NCBI GenBank assembly: GCA_964234715.1
Contig: OZ174277.1
Direction: 5' to 3' (one strand)
Origin: Podarcis melisellensis
Lineage: Eukaryota
DNA length: 64,000 nt
The stretch's first letter is position 1, and every line of letters starts with the position of its first letter. A model generated the notes under the pieces. That model was given only the letters and a program-made list of their open reading frames with translations, was not told the DNA's origin and did no database searches. Below, one piece after another: positions 23,158-37,305 of the stretch. The position numbers and the translations under genes are program-made.

Positions 23158-24539
23158 GTAAGTTTCATCCAACAGATAAAAGCTTTTACCGGTGACATAT
23201 CTATTCTGTCAGTTGGTTCAGCTGAATTTCTGGAAATAGTTTCAATAAGCCATCTCTTTAGAATCCTAACCCCATTTTTCCAACTTAAAAGTTAAAACTC
23301 AATAAAATGACTTTTTTATTCTGATGATGGATACAAAGTAATTAGAAGAAGATACAGGTTGACTGACTTGCAGGTGACACATGTTTTCTCCTTGCTAAAT
23401 TAACTTGTACTTTGTCATTCTGCATGTCTGAATCACCCTTTTTGCATGAGCACCAAAGTACTGTAGTACTTTGGGAGAAGCATAATTAAAGAATCAATAC
23501 TGGAGAGTTATGATATATACTAGGAATGTTTTTATCAAGTGGCATCAAGCTGAGATGCATGGGATCTGCTAATTGCAGGAACAGAATTCACTTATTCCCA
23601 GCTGACAAAGTGTGGCTTCTGATGTTACTCAGAAGCATTGAAAGAAAATGTGCAAATGACTTGCACATCTCCTTTCCATGCTTCCAGACACTGTCTGAAG
23701 CAGTGACTCACATCCTTCTCTCCATGGGGAGATGTGTGCTGGATGTGCATCTTGAAATCACACATCTCCCCCAGTTTTGCTGCCTGAGTCATTTGTTTTG
23801 GATGATAAATGGGTTTCTGGTAAGATGAGTTATGCAATTACTTGCTCATCTACTTATTTGGGCTTACACAGGTGATATCAAAAGTTGCCCACAGGCCATT
23901 ATAGAGGGTTCTAAAAATCCGGGTAGCCATTATTATAGTGAGCAGAGAATAAGGATTTCCCTTTTTAAATTGGCCTTGGTGTACAGAATTCTTGGAGACT
24001 TATTAGCGATGGTAACTATGAATTTAAGCCAGAAGTCCTTTGTAATGGCACATACCACTGTGAAAATTCAATTTGTTGCCAGTTTTAACTTGTCCTCGCT
24101 CAGGGCTCAGGGTAGAATTTAATGTACTATTTGATTCTCTGCAGTAAAAGGCGTGGGAAAGGGAAAAAAAAGATTGTGGCATGTGACCGTTTAGATACTT
24201 ATTGATACTTATTTTGTAGGTTATCAGCTGGCTAGGCTTAATGCTGATTAGAAGACTGATGACCCCCCCCCCCAGCAAATAATTGATTTGCTACTTTTAC
24301 ACACAAAATAATATGTAAAATAAAACTCAACATGCAGCAGTGGACAATATCGTTAGATATAGCACTATGTGTGTAACCTTGAACTCACATACTCTAGTAT
24401 TGTGTGTGGATGTATTTCAGAAATGGTTGGAAGCCTGATTTAAAAAATAATAATTGTTGACAATGCTGGTTGAATTAGTTAATTATGTCTGCATTGTTGA
24501 GCATAGACAGAATGGCATTTCTGTTAAACCTATTTATTT

Positions 24540-25500
24540 TATATACTCGTATGCCACACAATAAGCAAAGTATCTAGGCAGTTAACATACCCATAAAACG
24601 GCAAAAAAGTGCTGAACATCTGGACTGTAGTACACAATAGAAACTGGGTTGAGCCATATATCAAAAAAAGTTTGTGTAAACAGATGAGTCTTGAGCAAAC
24701 ATCTGAAGCAAAGTACTGATGGCGTCTGCTTAATATGAATAAGGCAGGGGCTTCGCAACTGAATGCAGACATACTGAATGCCCTGTTTCTTGTAGAAGGA
24801 AAGCAAGCATCATGTGACACTCTTAACAGTTCCTCTCTAGCTGAGCATAAAGACCAGGCAGGTATGGGGCAAGTTAGTCCAAAGCTGTTCAGAGCTGTAT
24901 ATACTATCAGCAGAATCTTGGATTTGACATGATAGCTAGTTATATGCAGTTGAGTTATATGCTGGTGATGGGAAGCTGCCATCAACAACTAGGCAGCTCC
25001 GTTCTGGTCTCGTCACAGCTTCCAGATCAAACACAACAGGCCCATCTAGAATGAATTAACATAGTAGTCTGATTTTGAGGTTGCCAACACCTGAATCACA
25101 GTGACCAGGAATCGAGGAATGGGTATAGTTGTCTCACCATATGAAGCTTATAGAAAGGTATTCTAGCCACCTAGACCACTTGGGCCTCAGTGATATAGAT
25201 GGATCCAGGAGTACCCCTAGGCTGTGAACCTGGTCTCTCAGAGGAAGTGTGACCCTGTTCAGAATACCCTGGACACAGAAACCACTCACCCAGAGCTCCC
25301 CCATTTTACCAGGAATTAAGCTTTATTTATTGGTCCTTATCTTGCCCACTACTGCATCCAGGCACCAATCCAGTCCTTACGCAGTGCCACCTGATTCAGA
25401 TGTAATAGGGAAGTAAGAGCTGAGTTTCATCTGTGCACTGATGACACCTCGTCCTCGTGACTGCTTCTAGAGGTTTCATCGAGATGCTGAAAATAATACC
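24540..25500 (-). mobile_element. Old L2-like LINE fragment
   Basis: Minus-strand peptide KILLIVYTALNSFG...RAFS resembles the L2 ORF2 C-terminus; degenerate. Confidence 0.6.
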
Positions 25501-26981
25501 CTGTGATACTAGATGCCATAAACACCATGGGGCCAATGACTTCTCTCAGTACTACCCTTTGGGCTTGACCCTAGATTCTATAATTGCAACCACTAGCCCA
25601 ATATTATCAACTTTTGAGTGGCACCCACACTTAACTGGGAATGAATCTGGGATCTCTCTCACTCATTTGTAGCTCTTCCCAAATTTGTATAAGCCCTCCC
25701 TTGCATCAGTCAGAAAGACTGTAAAACTCGAATCCAGAACTCCATGGGTTCAAACTTAAAGACTCTGCATGATCCCAAATCACCAAGTCATTTTGCTGTC
25801 AAAGTTCACTGCAATTCATGTCACAGCTAACATGCAAATTAGCTAATCCTGAACTTCATTGTGTTTCTTTTCCCTGCAAGCATAAATAAATCACAAAGCA
25901 TATGGAATTGCTAGATACATCAGAGCTGAAAGGCATTTCATGCTTAGATGCAAACTGGGCATTGCTATTAGAGAGCACATTAGTTTCTAGTTCCAATCAT
26001 TACTACATATGATTTCCAGTGATTTATAAGAAATAAATATTCAGACCTCGCTAAAGAGGTAATTTTCTCTGTGCTAAATGTAAGTTCTGTTTGTCAGTTA
26101 AACCATATAAAGTAGCATGAGCGGTAATCAAATCAGTTGCATGGGCAGACATTAATAATGTGCACATTTGTTTTAAAATGAAAAGAAATTGGCTTAATCA
26201 AAATTGCATTATAATAACATCAAAGCCTGATTTGAAAGTACTGGCAGAGACAAAGCACCTAATGATTTTTAATGAAAGCATTTTTCTAATGCAATATTGG
26301 GGACCTAAGTTCAGCAGTGGTAGTCAAGTTTTATTGAAATACTAAATTTATGATTTCTTTTATGAAATGCTATTATATAGGGAAACCTGCCCTATTTTTG
26401 ATTTCACTGATTCTGATGTCTTTTTAGTATGGCCATTTCTTTCAAACCACCGTGCTGTGCAATTATAGGATCTCCATATCCCCTGTTTTGCAAAAGCTTT
26501 GGGAAGAAAGTCTATTGTGCCCATCATGACTGTAATATGAGCACCCTCTCCACCCCTATTGCCAGCTATATCCAAACAGTCCTATGAACATCTGGATGGA
26601 ATCTATGGATGGATCTCCACCCACAGGATGCTCCTGTGGAAGAATGGGAGAAGCACTTATAGCTGATTCTCTCTGCAGCCTCCTATGCACCCCCTGAAAA
26701 TCTGTTTGGAGTGTTAGGGGACCCTCTGGAACTGTGTGGGAAGAAACTCGACGGGCAAGGGCCGAAGGCAGAATCAACAAAAGTCACCTCACATACAACC
26801 TTCCTCCAGCAGGGAGCTTCCACTGGATCTGAGTTCTTTCATTGAACAGAAGAAGGAGCCTTTCTGTTTGCAGAGGGGCAAATCCCACCAATCCTTGGGA
26901 TTGCATGGATATGCAGGGGACTGGAAAAGAGGGTGCAGCTACTTTGCTCATCCATGCTGCTTTTAGCTGTCATGTTAAGCT

Positions 26982-27127
26982 CAGTGGCGGAGCTTCATGC
27001 TCCGGCATCGGGGGACGGAGAGCAGGCAGGGACGGGGCTGGTGCACGTCCTGGGGGCAGGGCACCTCACCAGGATCGCTTTGCCGGGGACGGTGCGCTCC
27101 CCCTGCACCCCTCTTCCTCCACCAGTG
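26982..27127. mobile_element. hAT MITE, 146 bp
   Basis: 8-bp TSD GTTAAGCT on both sides; TIR CAGTGGCGGAG / CTCCACCAGTG. Confidence 0.8.
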
Positions 27128-28156
27128 GTTAAGCTAAGACAAGGTTTAATTGATGCCACACAATCCATAGGTGTTCAGACCAAAGTTCTTTCCAGTCCAT
27201 CCAACATCCTGTGATTCAGGCCCTCAACATGCCTCATAACAACAAAAGCACAAGTCTTCTAAAACTGGATTAGTACCAAACTAAACAGCATCGTCATAAA
27301 ACAGAAGGGACTTCTCTGCTAACCAGATCACCCTTCCCCAAATACCTTGTGAAAGGAGATCATTTTGACCAGTCTCCTGAAAATCTTAATGGACTTTGGA
27401 AGAAAGCTCCATAAAGTTTTTGCACTTCTGCTTTCCCTTCTCTTCTGCGCCCAAGTCTTCTTCTTCTTGTTGTTGTTGTTTTCAAAACCTCATTTATATT
27501 TTTCAGATAGCCTTACAGCAGCTTTTTCCATGACAAAATGGAAAAGCAAGGCACATATATCAGAGATCTGAAACAGAGCAGCGCTGCATAATGTGTTACA
27601 AGCACCAACATTTTTTCACATTTTATAATACATGCAAATGGAAGCACAGGCACCCTTATGAACGGCTCCGCAAGTCGGCATGACAGGCTGCCATATTGTA
27701 CTTCTTCATAATTCACAGAATTGCATTAAAGTGAAAGCACACAAGGCAGGTTGATGCTAATGCCAGGACACACAACAGCAGGGAAATTAAAGAATGATTA
27801 GAGTCCCCACATGTTTGCCCTTCAGTATTAAAACAGCTGGGGGAGACTTGGCATAACTGTCCCCAGGATTTTTATGTGAGAGCTATAAGTGCTCTTCATC
27901 TCAGGCTGTTTCCGTGGGTTTTGCAGTTTTGAAAATTTGCACAGACTTCTTAGTTGGGGGTGGAGTGCCCCTTCCAATGTTACGTTAGCTGGGAGCTGCT
28001 GTGTGGGTCCTTTCTGTGTCCTTCCATACCAGTGGGTATCTGACAGCGCACAGGAAAAGTGAAGATCGCATCTTCTCCTGCTGCCACTTTTGAGGTTTCC
28101 AGTATGAATCAACGCTGATCTTCCTATGTATCCAAGATCTTCCGGCATTGCTGGGC

Positions 28157-28279
28157 TAAGGTTACCAGATTTTTTTCAATGAATCAGGGTACACATTTCA
28201 ACTTCAATGGATTTTGTATGCAGACTGATTTGTAAATCTGGGGACTGTCCCCGGGAAGCGGGGACGTCTGGTAACCTTA
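28157..28279. mobile_element. hAT MITE, 123 bp
   Basis: Perfect 13-bp TIR TAAGGTTACCAGA; perfect 8-bp TSD TGCTGGGC. Confidence 0.88.
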
Positions 28280-28814
28280 TGCTGGGCAGCATGGGAAGAA
28301 CATGCAATACAGCAGCTCCCAGGGTGCTGAACATGTTACAAGAGACACCCCCAGAAGTGGGGCGGTGGTATAATCCTTTGACCACTTCATCCATGGCATC
28401 CGTGGTACATGGCTTGTGGCTCCATTTAATTGCTATTACGCTGGTTTACATGTAGCATTAAACCGTGTTAAAATTAACTCTGGCTTGACATGGATGAGTA
28501 GCAGGCTTTTGCACACAGTGAATACCAGCACATTGCTTGTTCACTTTAAACCATTTATTTTAACTATGGTTCAGGATTATATACAACTAGGCCATTGTAG
28601 TTAATGACATATACATTTGGATTTTGAAATAAAAAAGAAAATCATAATATACTGCTATTCTCTGATATTTGAGATGCATATCCTAAGTTTTGTACTTTTC
28701 ATGTTTTGCGATATGGAAATATTTTTGTGATGTACAATATGAAAATTTGCACTTTGCGTATGAAAGGGTATAATGGCAGCATTAAATATATTTATGTTTT
28801 GTCTGCTTTTCTAG

Positions 28815-29078
<264 letters not shown>

Positions 29079-30729
29079 TAGAGAATAAACCTTTAAACAT
29101 GGATGGATGTCTTGTGTGTTGTACATGGTCAAGCACTGGTAACCTCTGATCTGTGTAGCGCAGGGACAGGGAAATTCAGGCCTCTGTATCTGAACCACAA
29201 AAACTTCCCCAAGCCACACCCCTCACTGGCCCTGTGTGTAGAAACATCCTACTATGCAATGGTAAAAATGACATTTGTTGCCCCACCCACTTTTGCCTCT
29301 GGTCTCGCCATTCACTGCCATGTTCTTCTTGGAAGGTTGCCCAGTAGTGAAAGCTCCCTTGGGTTGAAAAAGGTTCCCCACCCTGATGTAATGGAAGAGG
29401 CTGCTGAAGTTATTCTGAAAACACCCCCAGCTATTATTATGTTAGGAATGTTCAGGTGTTGTTTAATGTCTTTATTATGCAGTGCCATGTTTTGGTTTGC
29501 TTTTTTAAAAAAGAGCCTGAAAAGAGGTGGGACGTCTCTTTAAGTTATATTGCTACTGCTCACCCTCCACAAGCTGCCCCAGGTCTCCTCTCCCCACCTC
29601 ACCCTGTTGACCTCCTCCAGCTGCTCCAAATGCATGTTTGTGGAGGAGAACATGCAGCTGGAGTCCTGAGAGATGGGGAGAAGCATGGTGAGAAAATTCC
29701 AATAGAAAAGTGGTGAAAGGGTTAAATACCCCTCTGAGATTACTTCTCTGCTCCAAATTGACCCCTCTGGAAGATGCATTGAAGTAGTTTTTAGGGTTGT
29801 AACTTGAAACTTCTCAATCATTGGAGGGACAACACTGGAGACCATTCTGTGTTGTCTTCTGCCATTGGAAGTAACATAGGGTAGGTAGCACAAGGGACTG
29901 GGCATTCTCTGTCATTGTGCCAAGGTAAGGATGTTGCCACAGAAGTCCACCCAGTTGTATTTCTGCCTACCTTTCAGGGTGCCGTGAAAACACCCAGTGT
30001 GCTTTTGGGATGCATATTTACCAAATTTAACAATACCATGTTTCAGAGGCTTTAAACTCCTTGGAGGAAAACTGAGATATAAATGTGAATAAATAAACAT
30101 TTACTCTATGTATTTTATAAATTCTAATTTTGTTTTTATTCTCGGGGGTGGGTGGGGATTGTTAGCCACTTTGAGAGCAAGCATGTTATTATGAAGTAAG
30201 AGTTTTTAAAGCTGATAGAGAATCAGAAGTCTTCTTTTTTCTTTTCTTTCTTTTAGTTCTTATGTTAAAAATGCCTGCTATTTGATGTTGATTTCTGTGT
30301 TTTTTATTTGTTTTTCAATAATAAAAATAGATTTAAAAATAGAAAAGCTAGGTCCAGCAGGGAAAGTACTTCCCATGAGTGGTGTGGACTCTTCTGTTTC
30401 AGTCATCAAATAAGGAATTAGATCCTGTGTTTCAGAACCAGAGCTGGGTGTGCATGACTCATTACGTGGCTGTGGTCTTGCATAGTGTAACTGTATTATG
30501 AGTTCTGGGTGGTGCTGAAACTCAACCACATTGGTGAACAGATAGCTTTTGTGCTGGATTCCACCCTGGCTGACATAACAAAAACACTGGCCTTAGTCCC
30601 TAGACCTGCCAAAGCTTGCTTGGCTTCACAACCTGACCCAGAGGACTCTGGCAGACCTAGCCCTAAAGAGGAACATTGAGGTTTGGTAACTCCCTGGGTA
30701 TATCTTGTAAGGTCACCTCCTTGACTTAA

Positions 30730-30804
30730 AAATAATAATAATTTATTATTTATACCCTGCCCATCTGGCTGGGTTTCTCCAACCACTCTGGGTGGCTCCC
30801 AGCA

Positions 30805-30847
<43 letters not shown>

Positions 30848-31110
30848 GCAATAAAACTTTGAACATTAAAAACTTCCCTAAACATGGCTGCCTTCATATG
30901 TCTTTTAAAGTCAGATAGTTGCTTATTTCCTTGACATCTGACGGGAGGGCGTTCCACAGGGTGGTTGCCACTACCGAGAAGGCCCTTTGCCTGGTTCTCT
31001 GTAGCTTCACTTCTCACAGTGAGGGAACCACCAGAAGGCCCTTGGAGCTGGACCTCAGTTTCTGGGCTGAATGATGGAGCTGGAGACGCTCCTTCCTATA
31101 CTGGAGGTAT
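30730..31110 (-). mobile_element. L2-like LINE 3' fragment with internal (AAT)n
   Basis: Reverse complement of 32085-32415. Confidence 0.8.
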
Positions 31111-31679
31111 ACTGACTTCCTGCAGCCACTGATGAGATTCCTACAGCAACAGAGGGAATCCACTAGTGAATGATCAGGCCTTTCTGTGATAAGCACTGGC
31201 ACATATATCTTATAGTTCTGACATGCCAGTTTTACAGTTTTCTTGTTCTAGTCTCTCACAATGAAATGGCTTGTCTGCCAAACAAGCTCCCTCTCTCTCA
31301 ACATTTGGCCTCTTCCTCATTAAGGGTCACTTATATTATGCTTTTGGGGCATAATATAATTTTATTCTCTCCTCCCACCCTATTTTAATGATGGATTTAA
31401 TTTCTCATCTTAATAAGTGTGTAATTGGGCAAATGGTTCCCTTATTACTGAAGAATGGGCCTTTTGACTCCAGCAGATGTGTTTTCGTTATTTCCTATAG
31501 TTGCTTGGTAACCTGTTGATTTGGCCTGCTCATCAGTTAGCACTTAGGGTTGGAAGAATGTAATAAATAAGAGATAAGGAGTTTGGCTGATGCATTGGCT
31601 GATGGCATCAAAAAGCCCATGAAGCCCTAGTACCAAGCTAGTCTTCTTGTGCCATTCTCCAAAAGGACCTCTCCAAACT

Positions 31680-32414
31680 CAGTGTATGGACAATAAAATG
31701 GCAAATACAATTAAATGTAGGCAAGTGTAAGATGATGCATGTTGGGTCAAAAAATAATCATCTTTATTTCACATATATGCTTATGGGATCTAAACTGGAG
31801 GTGACAGACCAGGAATGAGACATTGGGATCATAGTTAGCTACCTTGACGAAGTTGTTGACCCAGTTTGTGGTAGCTGTGCCAAAGGCAAATTCCATGCTA
31901 GGGATCATTCAGAAAGGCATTTGAAAACATATCATTATGCCATTATACAAATCTTTGGTGCAGCCAGATTTGGAATATTGTGGTAAGTTCTTGTCACCTC
32001 ACCTCAAAAAGTATATTGTAGAGCTGGAACAGGTTCAGAAAAGGGCAACCAAAATGCTGAAAGCCCTAAACAGCCTCGGTCCAGTATACCTGAAGGAGCG
32101 TCTCCACCCCCATCGTTCTGCCCTGACACTGAGGTCCAGCTCCAAGGGCCTTCTGGCAGTTCCCTCACTGTGAGAAGCCAAGTTACAGGGAACCAGGCAG
32201 AGGGCCTTCTCGGTAGTGGCACCCACCCTGTGGAATGCCCTCCCACCGGATGTCAAAGAGAAAAACAACTACCAGACTTTTAGAAGACATCTGAAGTCAG
32301 CCCTGTTTAGGGAAGCTTTTAATGTTTGACCGACTATTGTATTTTAATATTTTGTTGGAAGCTGCCCAGTGTGGCTGGAGAAACCCAGCCAGATGGGTGG
32401 GGTATAAATAATAA

Positions 32415-32455
<41 letters not shown>

Positions 32456-32720
32456 AGGGATGGAGCAGCTCCCCTATGAGGAAAGGTTGCAATGTTTGGG
32501 ACTTTTTGGTTTAAAGAAAAGGTGACTATGAGGCAACATGATGGAAGTTTTTAAAATTACTCAAGCCTGGAGAAAGTGGATTGTGAACATTGGAAAGTTC
32601 AGGACAGATTAAAGAAAGTGCTTCTTCACACAACACATAGTCAAACTATGGAACTTGCTGCCACGGGAAGTGGCAATGGCCACCAACTTGGATAGCTTTT
32701 GAAAGAGGATTAGACAAATT
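31680..32720 (+). mobile_element. CR1 LINE fragment interrupted by an L2 3' fragment (about 32065-32453) with a (GAT)n tail
   Basis: CR1 peptide MPLYKSLVQPDLEYC..LEQVQKRATKM switches to L2 ALNSLGPVYLKERL; CR1 resumes at gggatggagcagctcccctatgagg; tgaaag repeated at both junctions. Confidence 0.8.
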
Positions 32721-34364
32721 TATGGAGGGAGAGGGCTGTTGAGGGTCACTAGCCACAATGGCCGTCCTCTCCCTCTACGGTTGGAGACAGCAGTTCTTCT
32801 GAATCCCAGTAACTGGAAGCTCTTGCGCTTGAATCCTGATTACTGATTCCCCACAGGCATCTGGCCACTGTTAGAACAGGTTGCTGGACTAGATGGGTCA
32901 ATGGCCTGATCCAGCAGGATCTTCTTATGTTCTTACATGCAAATATGTACTCATAATAGAGTTCATATACCTGTTCAATAGCTGCTCAAGAGAGGAGTGC
33001 AAATGAATGCCAGCATAAGCACATGATTCATCCAGCGGATTTGTCTCACCACCACGTTTATTTTAATTTTATGCTAGACAGCTTGATATCTTTTGTTTTC
33101 TGTTGGAAAGGTGCATGTCATTAGAATCCCTTAGGGACGTCATATTACAAATCGTTGTTAACTGCCTAGAATAAGAAAACCTTCCTTTCCCCCACTCCGC
33201 CTTAATTCTCTCAATGTGAAGGCCTAGTGGGCCTTCCTGGGTCAATGTTTACAAAGCTGGATGCTTGCCCAGTACTGAGCCATGCAAGAACTGGCACCTT
33301 GTAAGAAAGGAGTCAAGTAACAGTGTGCCAGGTGCTGTATAGTAAAATATAGAAAGTTCGCACAAGCTGACTTTTGCTCCCCCGGCCCATTTATTTTCAT
33401 TTTCATGGCAGATTAGAATAAAAAATGTAGCCTGCCCAGTCTGCTTAAGTAACACATGGTTTATTCACAGGGGAAATTGCCAGAAATAACAAAGTGTCCC
33501 CCTGTCCCACCATAAGAAGCAGAACAAACAATCTGTGTGCAATTTGAGACCCAATTTTTTCTTGAACTGGAACTATGACCCGACAGGAGGCGCCTCCCCC
33601 TCCTTTTTCCCATGGATTTCAGATCAGATTTTTGTTGGATTTCTCATGATACGGCTCCAGCATAACTGACTTTGCAGCAGTTTACATGCTGTCCTGACAC
33701 AATATGCTCCCTTCTGCCTGCTACATATTTGAAATTGGAAACGAGATAAGCGATTTCCCTCTGGCTTGTGTCAGATTGGCTCATAAACCAACCAAGATGC
33801 TTCTCCAAATATCTGAACACTCAACCCCCTCCCTCTTTTCTTCAACTGGTGTTCTAGGAGCAGCAAGGAGAGGAGATGGAGGGAGGTCTTCCCACTTCTG
33901 GTGTGATCCACCCCATAAGGCCTTGCAATAGTTCATGGGAAGGATAGTTTTCTCAATGTATGCTGGCCTTGCAGTCACATATTCACCTCACATTTGCACT
34001 AATTGGTCATCTGTATCTAGTCTTATATCCATAGGCCAACCACTCCTGAACAAGATGTCCTTCTTATATGTCTACCTAAACATCCAATCGTTTTGTTGCA
34101 TCTTGACACTAAAAAGCTTCTACTCTTCAAGCTCTATACTAGCCCACTAGGATGTTGACCCCATAGTGTAGGGAATAAGATCAAGGCAGTCTCCAGACTT
34201 CACAAGGATGTAATCGTTTCTTCCCCAGATTGTATTTTTATTTAGACCATAGATCAAGCAATTATTACAGTTTCACATAACGATACTCAATACATTTATA
34301 TTATAGCCTTTTCATGTGGCAACTAATAAGATAATAACAACAGCAACAAAGGAGAAATGTGTAG

Positions 34365-34610
<246 letters not shown>

Positions 34611-34935
34611 TAACTTTTTGTATTGTGTAGATAATGCCTGCACGCAACAACTCTCTCTCTTCATGATCATCAACCCGGATAAATATGGCGACCAGAAAAC
34701 CTTTGGTGTTGCCTCTTTGGTAGCAATGCAGCCATTCATCCATCCAACCATGGAAGAGCTTGGGACATCTGGGTCTGATGGCACTTTCTTCCATCTGTGT
34801 CCCATTGAGCAACCAGTCAGGTGCACTAAATGCACATAGTTCCAGCCTACAGCAGCTTTAGTGAGTTTCTGGGAGATTGGGGAGAAGTGATGTTAAACAA
34901 AGCCCTTCTCCTCAATCACGGTTCTTCCTCTAGCC

Positions 34936-35073
34936 CAGCCTTTCTCAACCTGTGGGTCCCCAGATGTTGTTGAACTACAACTCCCATGACCTCTAGCTAG
35001 CAAGGCCAGAGCTCAGGCATGATGGGAGTTGTAGTCCAACAACATCTGGGGACCCACAGGTTGAGAACCACTG
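34936..35073. mobile_element. Palindromic hAT-type MITE
   Basis: Long inverted arms (ttctcaacctgtgggtccccagatgttgtt...aacaacatctggggacccacaggttgagaa). Confidence 0.8.
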
Positions 35074-35506
35074 CCTAGCCTCTCCATGCCTCTCCTCTTC
35101 AACTGTTTTACTATCCCATCACAGGTCTCGCTGTTGTGGGCAGGCACTGTGGTCTGGCGGAGCTGCCTGAGGCTGCCCACAGCCATGTCCTGTTCAGCAA
35201 TCACTTTGATATGTGTTGAATTAGTAATGCTTCAGGTTGTCATTTTGGTCTCTCCAGGTCCAATAACTTATTCGATTTTTTTGACTTGAGCAAACCCTTG
35301 TCATAAGTGGCAGGAATCTGTCAAAGAATCATAGAATTGTAGAGTTGAAAGGGACCCTGAGGATCATCTGGTCCGACCCTCTGCAATGCAAAAATATGCA
35401 GCTGTCCAATGTGGGAATTGAACTTGCAGCCTTGGCATTATCAGCGCCACTCTCTAACCAACCAAGCTATCCATGACATATTTTAATTTTAATTTTTGTA
35501 TTTCAG

Positions 35507-35598
35507 CTGCTGCCGGGATGATCTCTTCGCTGTACAGTATTTCTCGGAGCTTCATAGTTGTGATTGTCCTGTACACATTCTGTTTCAATGCAGTAAAG
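35507..35598 (+). CDS. PCNX2: PCNX2 exon (AAGMISSLYSISRS...CFNAVK)
   Basis: tttcag acceptor, AAG|gtaaga donor, 92 nt, phase 1->0. Confidence 0.93.
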
Positions 35599-37046
35599 GT
35601 AAGAAGGGGAGTGATTCTGGTGGCAAAGCAGGGCAGCTGCTACTGTGGCTCCAGTCTCAGTTTCTCTGTTTTCTTCTGTCTACAGACCTGTATAGATAAT
35701 GCTTAGATTTGCAATATTTTCCCTCCTTGCAAAAAAAGGGGGAAAGTTTGTGAAACTTGGTGTATTGTGCATATATGCTTCAACAAGGAGACCCTGCATC
35801 ATAACTTACGTTTGTGGAACATAAATGTGGAAGGAAGGCCACTGTGCAAGTGGAGCATCTCTTGTGAAAAATGAAAAAGGAGAATTTCAAGTGGAAGGAG
35901 CTGGGAAATATTGTATGCGATTATGGAGGAGAGAACGAAAATCTTAATGCTAACTCATTAATCAGTTGCTTTGTATAGTTTTGTGCTTTCCGAGGGTTAA
36001 CTGAACTTCCAAATCGCCTTTGGTAAATAGCGTTAAGGACAATCCTTTTAAACATGTTCTGCCATTTGCACATCTTTTCACAGCACCATCAACTAAATTA
36101 CAGCAGGCAGGTGGCTTTGTAGATAAGCAATCTTGCCCATAGGCTCGACTTCATACTGCTTTGAAATGTGCTCACAATGCTACCCTGAAGTTGGAGTGCG
36201 CTGCAAAAGATTTACAAGATATCTCCTTCAAATTACACATATTAACTGCAGACTTTCTGTTCACACAGGAAAATTATGCCTCATTTGAATTTTTATGACT
36301 CTGTTCTTTTTGAAGATACTCCTAAAGCAGAAAAATTAGGCATGCAAAAATGATACTACTTATTTCACCTTCTAACCTTAGTCCACTCTGGATTTGGAAT
36401 TTTCATACCTCTTTATGGTGTGTGAAGTAAAGGCCTACGTGAGCCTGATTTCTTTTCTAAAAATGACTTTCATTTCCATTTCAGGGCATTCTTGTACAGG
36501 GCATTCGTGCACACTCCAAATTCAGTAGAAAGGGCACTCAGATTTCATAGTGCTTTCCCTCCTGCTTTGCTTGTGGTCTGCATAGATAGAATATACCAGT
36601 AATAAGAAATACACACACACACAAACACTTTCTCCACACAAAGATTGCTTGTCCTATTGATCAGTGCAAGTGGTCATAGAGAACTGAAAAATGTAAGAAG
36701 GAAACATTTTGGGTGTGTTTTAATTGTTGTAACTCACCTTGGGAACTTAGGGTAAAGGGCAGGCAATAAATTGTAATAATAACAAAGAAATAAACAAAAT
36801 AAATAATAATAAATGAACCAAGCAGATGTGGAACACAAGAATTAATATATATTTGGGTGCGCGTGCACACACACATCCCTTATCATATAGCATTTTGCTG
36901 CTTGTGAAATGTAAAACCCAATGTGTTTAAAGCACACAATTTCATGCAGTTCCCAGGATTGGGGAGGGGGATGTGCTTTAAATGTGTGGCATGCATGCAA
37001 CTTAGGTGATTGCAACCTCAATACAATTCAACATCACATCCTCTCC

Positions 37047-37305
37047 AGTGTGGTGTAGTGGTTAAGAGTGGTGGACTCGCAATCTGGTGAACCGGGTTCG
37101 TGTCTCCGCTCCTCCACATGCAGCTGCTGGGTGACCTTGGGCTAGTCAGACTTCTCTGAAGTCTCTCAGCCTCACTCGCCTCACAGAGTGTTTGTTGTGG
37201 GGGAGGAAGGGAAAGGAGATTGTTAGCGGCTTTGAGACTCCTTAGGGTAGCGATAAAGCGGGATATCAAATCCAAATTCCTCCTCCTCCTCTTCTTCTTC
37301 TCTCT
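37047..37305 (+). mobile_element. tRNA-derived SINE with pyrimidine-repeat tail
   Basis: A-box-like tggtgtagtgg, B-box-like gggttcg, tail tcctcctcttcttc. Confidence 0.75.
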
